Source of the DNA: Chlamydiae bacterium RIFCSPLOWO2_12_FULL_45_20
GTDB lineage: Bacteria; Chlamydiota; Chlamydiia; Chlamydiales; SM23-39
Assembly: GCA_001796285.1 (NCBI GenBank)
Contig: MGMD01000024.1
Location: 4,404-68,403, forward strand
DNA: 64,000 bases
Direction: 5' to 3'
Part shown: piece after piece, positions 63,047 to 64,000 of the stretch
How the letters are laid out: every line of letters starts with the position of its first letter
Numbering within the stretch: the stretch's first letter is position 1
The notes under the pieces: model-generated
The model's database searches: none
Told to the model about the DNA's origin: nothing
Seen by the model: only the letters and a program-made list of their open reading frames with translations
Translations under genes and position numbers: made by a program

Positions 63047-63477
63047 AAAGTTTAATTGAACGAGCTTTTTTTCTTAAAAAAACGCGCCTTTTTTCTCAGC
63101 TAGACCTCGAGATTCTGCTCGCTATTGCGGAAAAACTGCATGAAGATGACTACGACAAGGACGAAAAAGTATTTACTCCAGGCCAAGTGGCCAACCGAGT
63201 ATACATGATCGCATCTGGAGCCGTAGCCATCTTCTCTCACAACTCTATAAAAGAGCTTGCTGTGGGAGATTTTTTTGGGGATGAATCGCTCTTCAATGAT
63301 CAGCCAAGGGAGTATACGGCCATCTGTGCTAGTGACACTATTCTCCTAACGCTTTCAAGAAGTCATCTTCTTTCCATTATTTCAGAATGCCCCAGCGTAG
63401 CGGTGCAGCTCTTGCAATACTACTCGCAAAAACTTCCCTGCCGCCATATTGAAAAATCGATGGAGATCGAATCATGA
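63043..63477 (+). CDS. Stand-alone cyclic-nucleotide-binding domain protein
   Basis: 144 aa with FLKKTRLFSQL, GQVANRVYMIASGAV, FFGDESLF and REYTAICASDTILL. ATGA overlap with the upstream stop. Confidence 0.85.
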   Translation: MKSLIERAFFLKKTRLFSQLDLEILLAIAEKLHEDDYDKDEKVFTPGQVANRVYMIASGAVAIFSHNSIKELAVGDFFGDESLFNDQPREYTAICASDTILLTLSRSHLLSIISECPSVAVQLLQYYSQKLPCRHIEKSMEIES

Positions 63478-64000
63478 AAATCCGCACCCGGCTTCTACTC
63501 TTTCTCCTCCCGACACTCGTTTGCAGTATTGCACTGGTTTCGATTCTTTTGTCCTATAACTGGTATCGAGAAATTGTGGAAGGATTTCAAACGCGACTCA
63601 AGGCCGCCGTTATTACCACAGCCATGCTACAACCTTCGGAGGAGACTTTAAAGATCATTCGAGATCGGTTGGAAGTCACAGACCTTTACCACGTTCCTCT
63701 CAATACACCTAATATTGATACAATTCCCAAACAGCTACATATTACTCCGATTTATAAAGCAAAAGACGGCAATAAAGTCATGACGGGATTTGCTCCCATC
63801 CATGACTCGAACGGACACATCTCTGGGCTCATGGCAGCCGATATCAACGTGAGTCTGATCGACAACAAGTTTCACGAAAGCCTCTATCTCATTCTCATTT
63901 GCGCAGGGGTTACAATTCTCATCGTCGTCGCAACGCTTTTTGTCATCGCTAATAAAATCTCCATCCCTGTGGCAAGACTGAATAACTCAGCTCTTGCGAT
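63474..64000 (+). CDS. Membrane sensor protein (signal anchor, extracytoplasmic domain, TM, start of HAMP), 3' end truncated by window edge
   Basis: ATGA overlap with the cNMP gene. MKIRTRLLLFLLPTLVCSIALVSILL, then about 130 aa of soluble sequence, then a second TM (LYLILICAGVTILIVVATLFVIA) followed by NKISIPVARLN. The layout resembles chlamydial RsbU-type sensors, but the output domain is not in the window. Confidence 0.65.
   Translation, partial: MKIRTRLLLFLLPTLVCSIALVSILLSYNWYREIVEGFQTRLKAAVITTAMLQPSEETLKIIRDRLEVTDLYHVPLNTPNIDTIPKQLHITPIYKAKDGNKVMTGFAPIHDSNGHISGLMAADINVSLIDNKFHESLYLILICAGVTILIVVATLFVIANKISIPVARLNNSALA

Noticed and set aside
1-64000. I scanned the whole window for CRISPR arrays, rRNA or tRNA genes, transposases, integrases, phage genes and toxin-antitoxin pairs.
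   Set aside because: None were found. There are no regularly spaced direct repeats. No translated ORF shows DDE, tyrosine-recombinase or serine-recombinase motifs. The only repeats are the three unrelated palindromes and the 19-nt direct repeat at 38.4/38.6 kb.

Overview
This is a 64-kb chromosomal window that appears to come from a member of the Chlamydiae. It is most likely an environmental, amoeba-associated chlamydia-like organism rather than Chlamydia sensu stricto. The lineage call rests on gene content read from the translations:
- three TLC/NTT-type nucleotide transporter genes, one of them fused to HEAT repeats
- a CesT/Slc1-type type III secretion chaperone
- small proteins with the bilobed hydrophobic domain typical of inclusion-membrane (Inc) proteins
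- two SET-domain proteins, one with an ankyrin-like segment
- a eukaryotic-like Ser/Thr kinase and a PP2C phosphatase
- tandem TlyC/CNNM paralogs, a coupled yidC-dnaA pair, and a SpoIID-like protein

The window is densely coded on both strands, with about 70 CDS. Many neighbouring genes share 4-nt start/stop overlaps (ATGA or TTGA). I support one RNA gene, the SRP/4.5S RNA at 44217..44312. I saw no rRNA, tRNA, CRISPR array, transposase, integrase or phage genes.

The housekeeping backbone includes xseA, tpiA-secG-def, adk, tpx, malic enzyme, yidC-dnaA, glgX, dcd, ruvB, mazG, pepA-ssb, lgt, acpS, trxB and proC.

The regions most worth a second look are:
1. A translationally coupled type III polyketide synthase / His-rich membrane protein / SAM-methyltransferase operon (14.7-17.0 kb).
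2. An NTT-HEAT fusion coupled to a cNMP-binding protein and a TM-HAMP sensor (60.3-64 kb). A G7 tract sits at its 5' end.
3. An AT-rich islet with three tandem Inc-like paralogs, divergent from a membrane-anchored DUF4347-like protein (25.7-28.0 kb).
4. A nucleotide module of GuaC-like, SAMHD1-like HD hydrolase and NTT-like carrier genes (21.0-24.8 kb).
5. Tandem SET-domain genes with irregular boundaries.
6. A kinase with a WNK-like lysine arrangement.
7. Three long, unrelated intergenic palindromes (20.9, 23.7 and 38.5 kb).

All functional calls come from motif recognition by eye. No database search was run.
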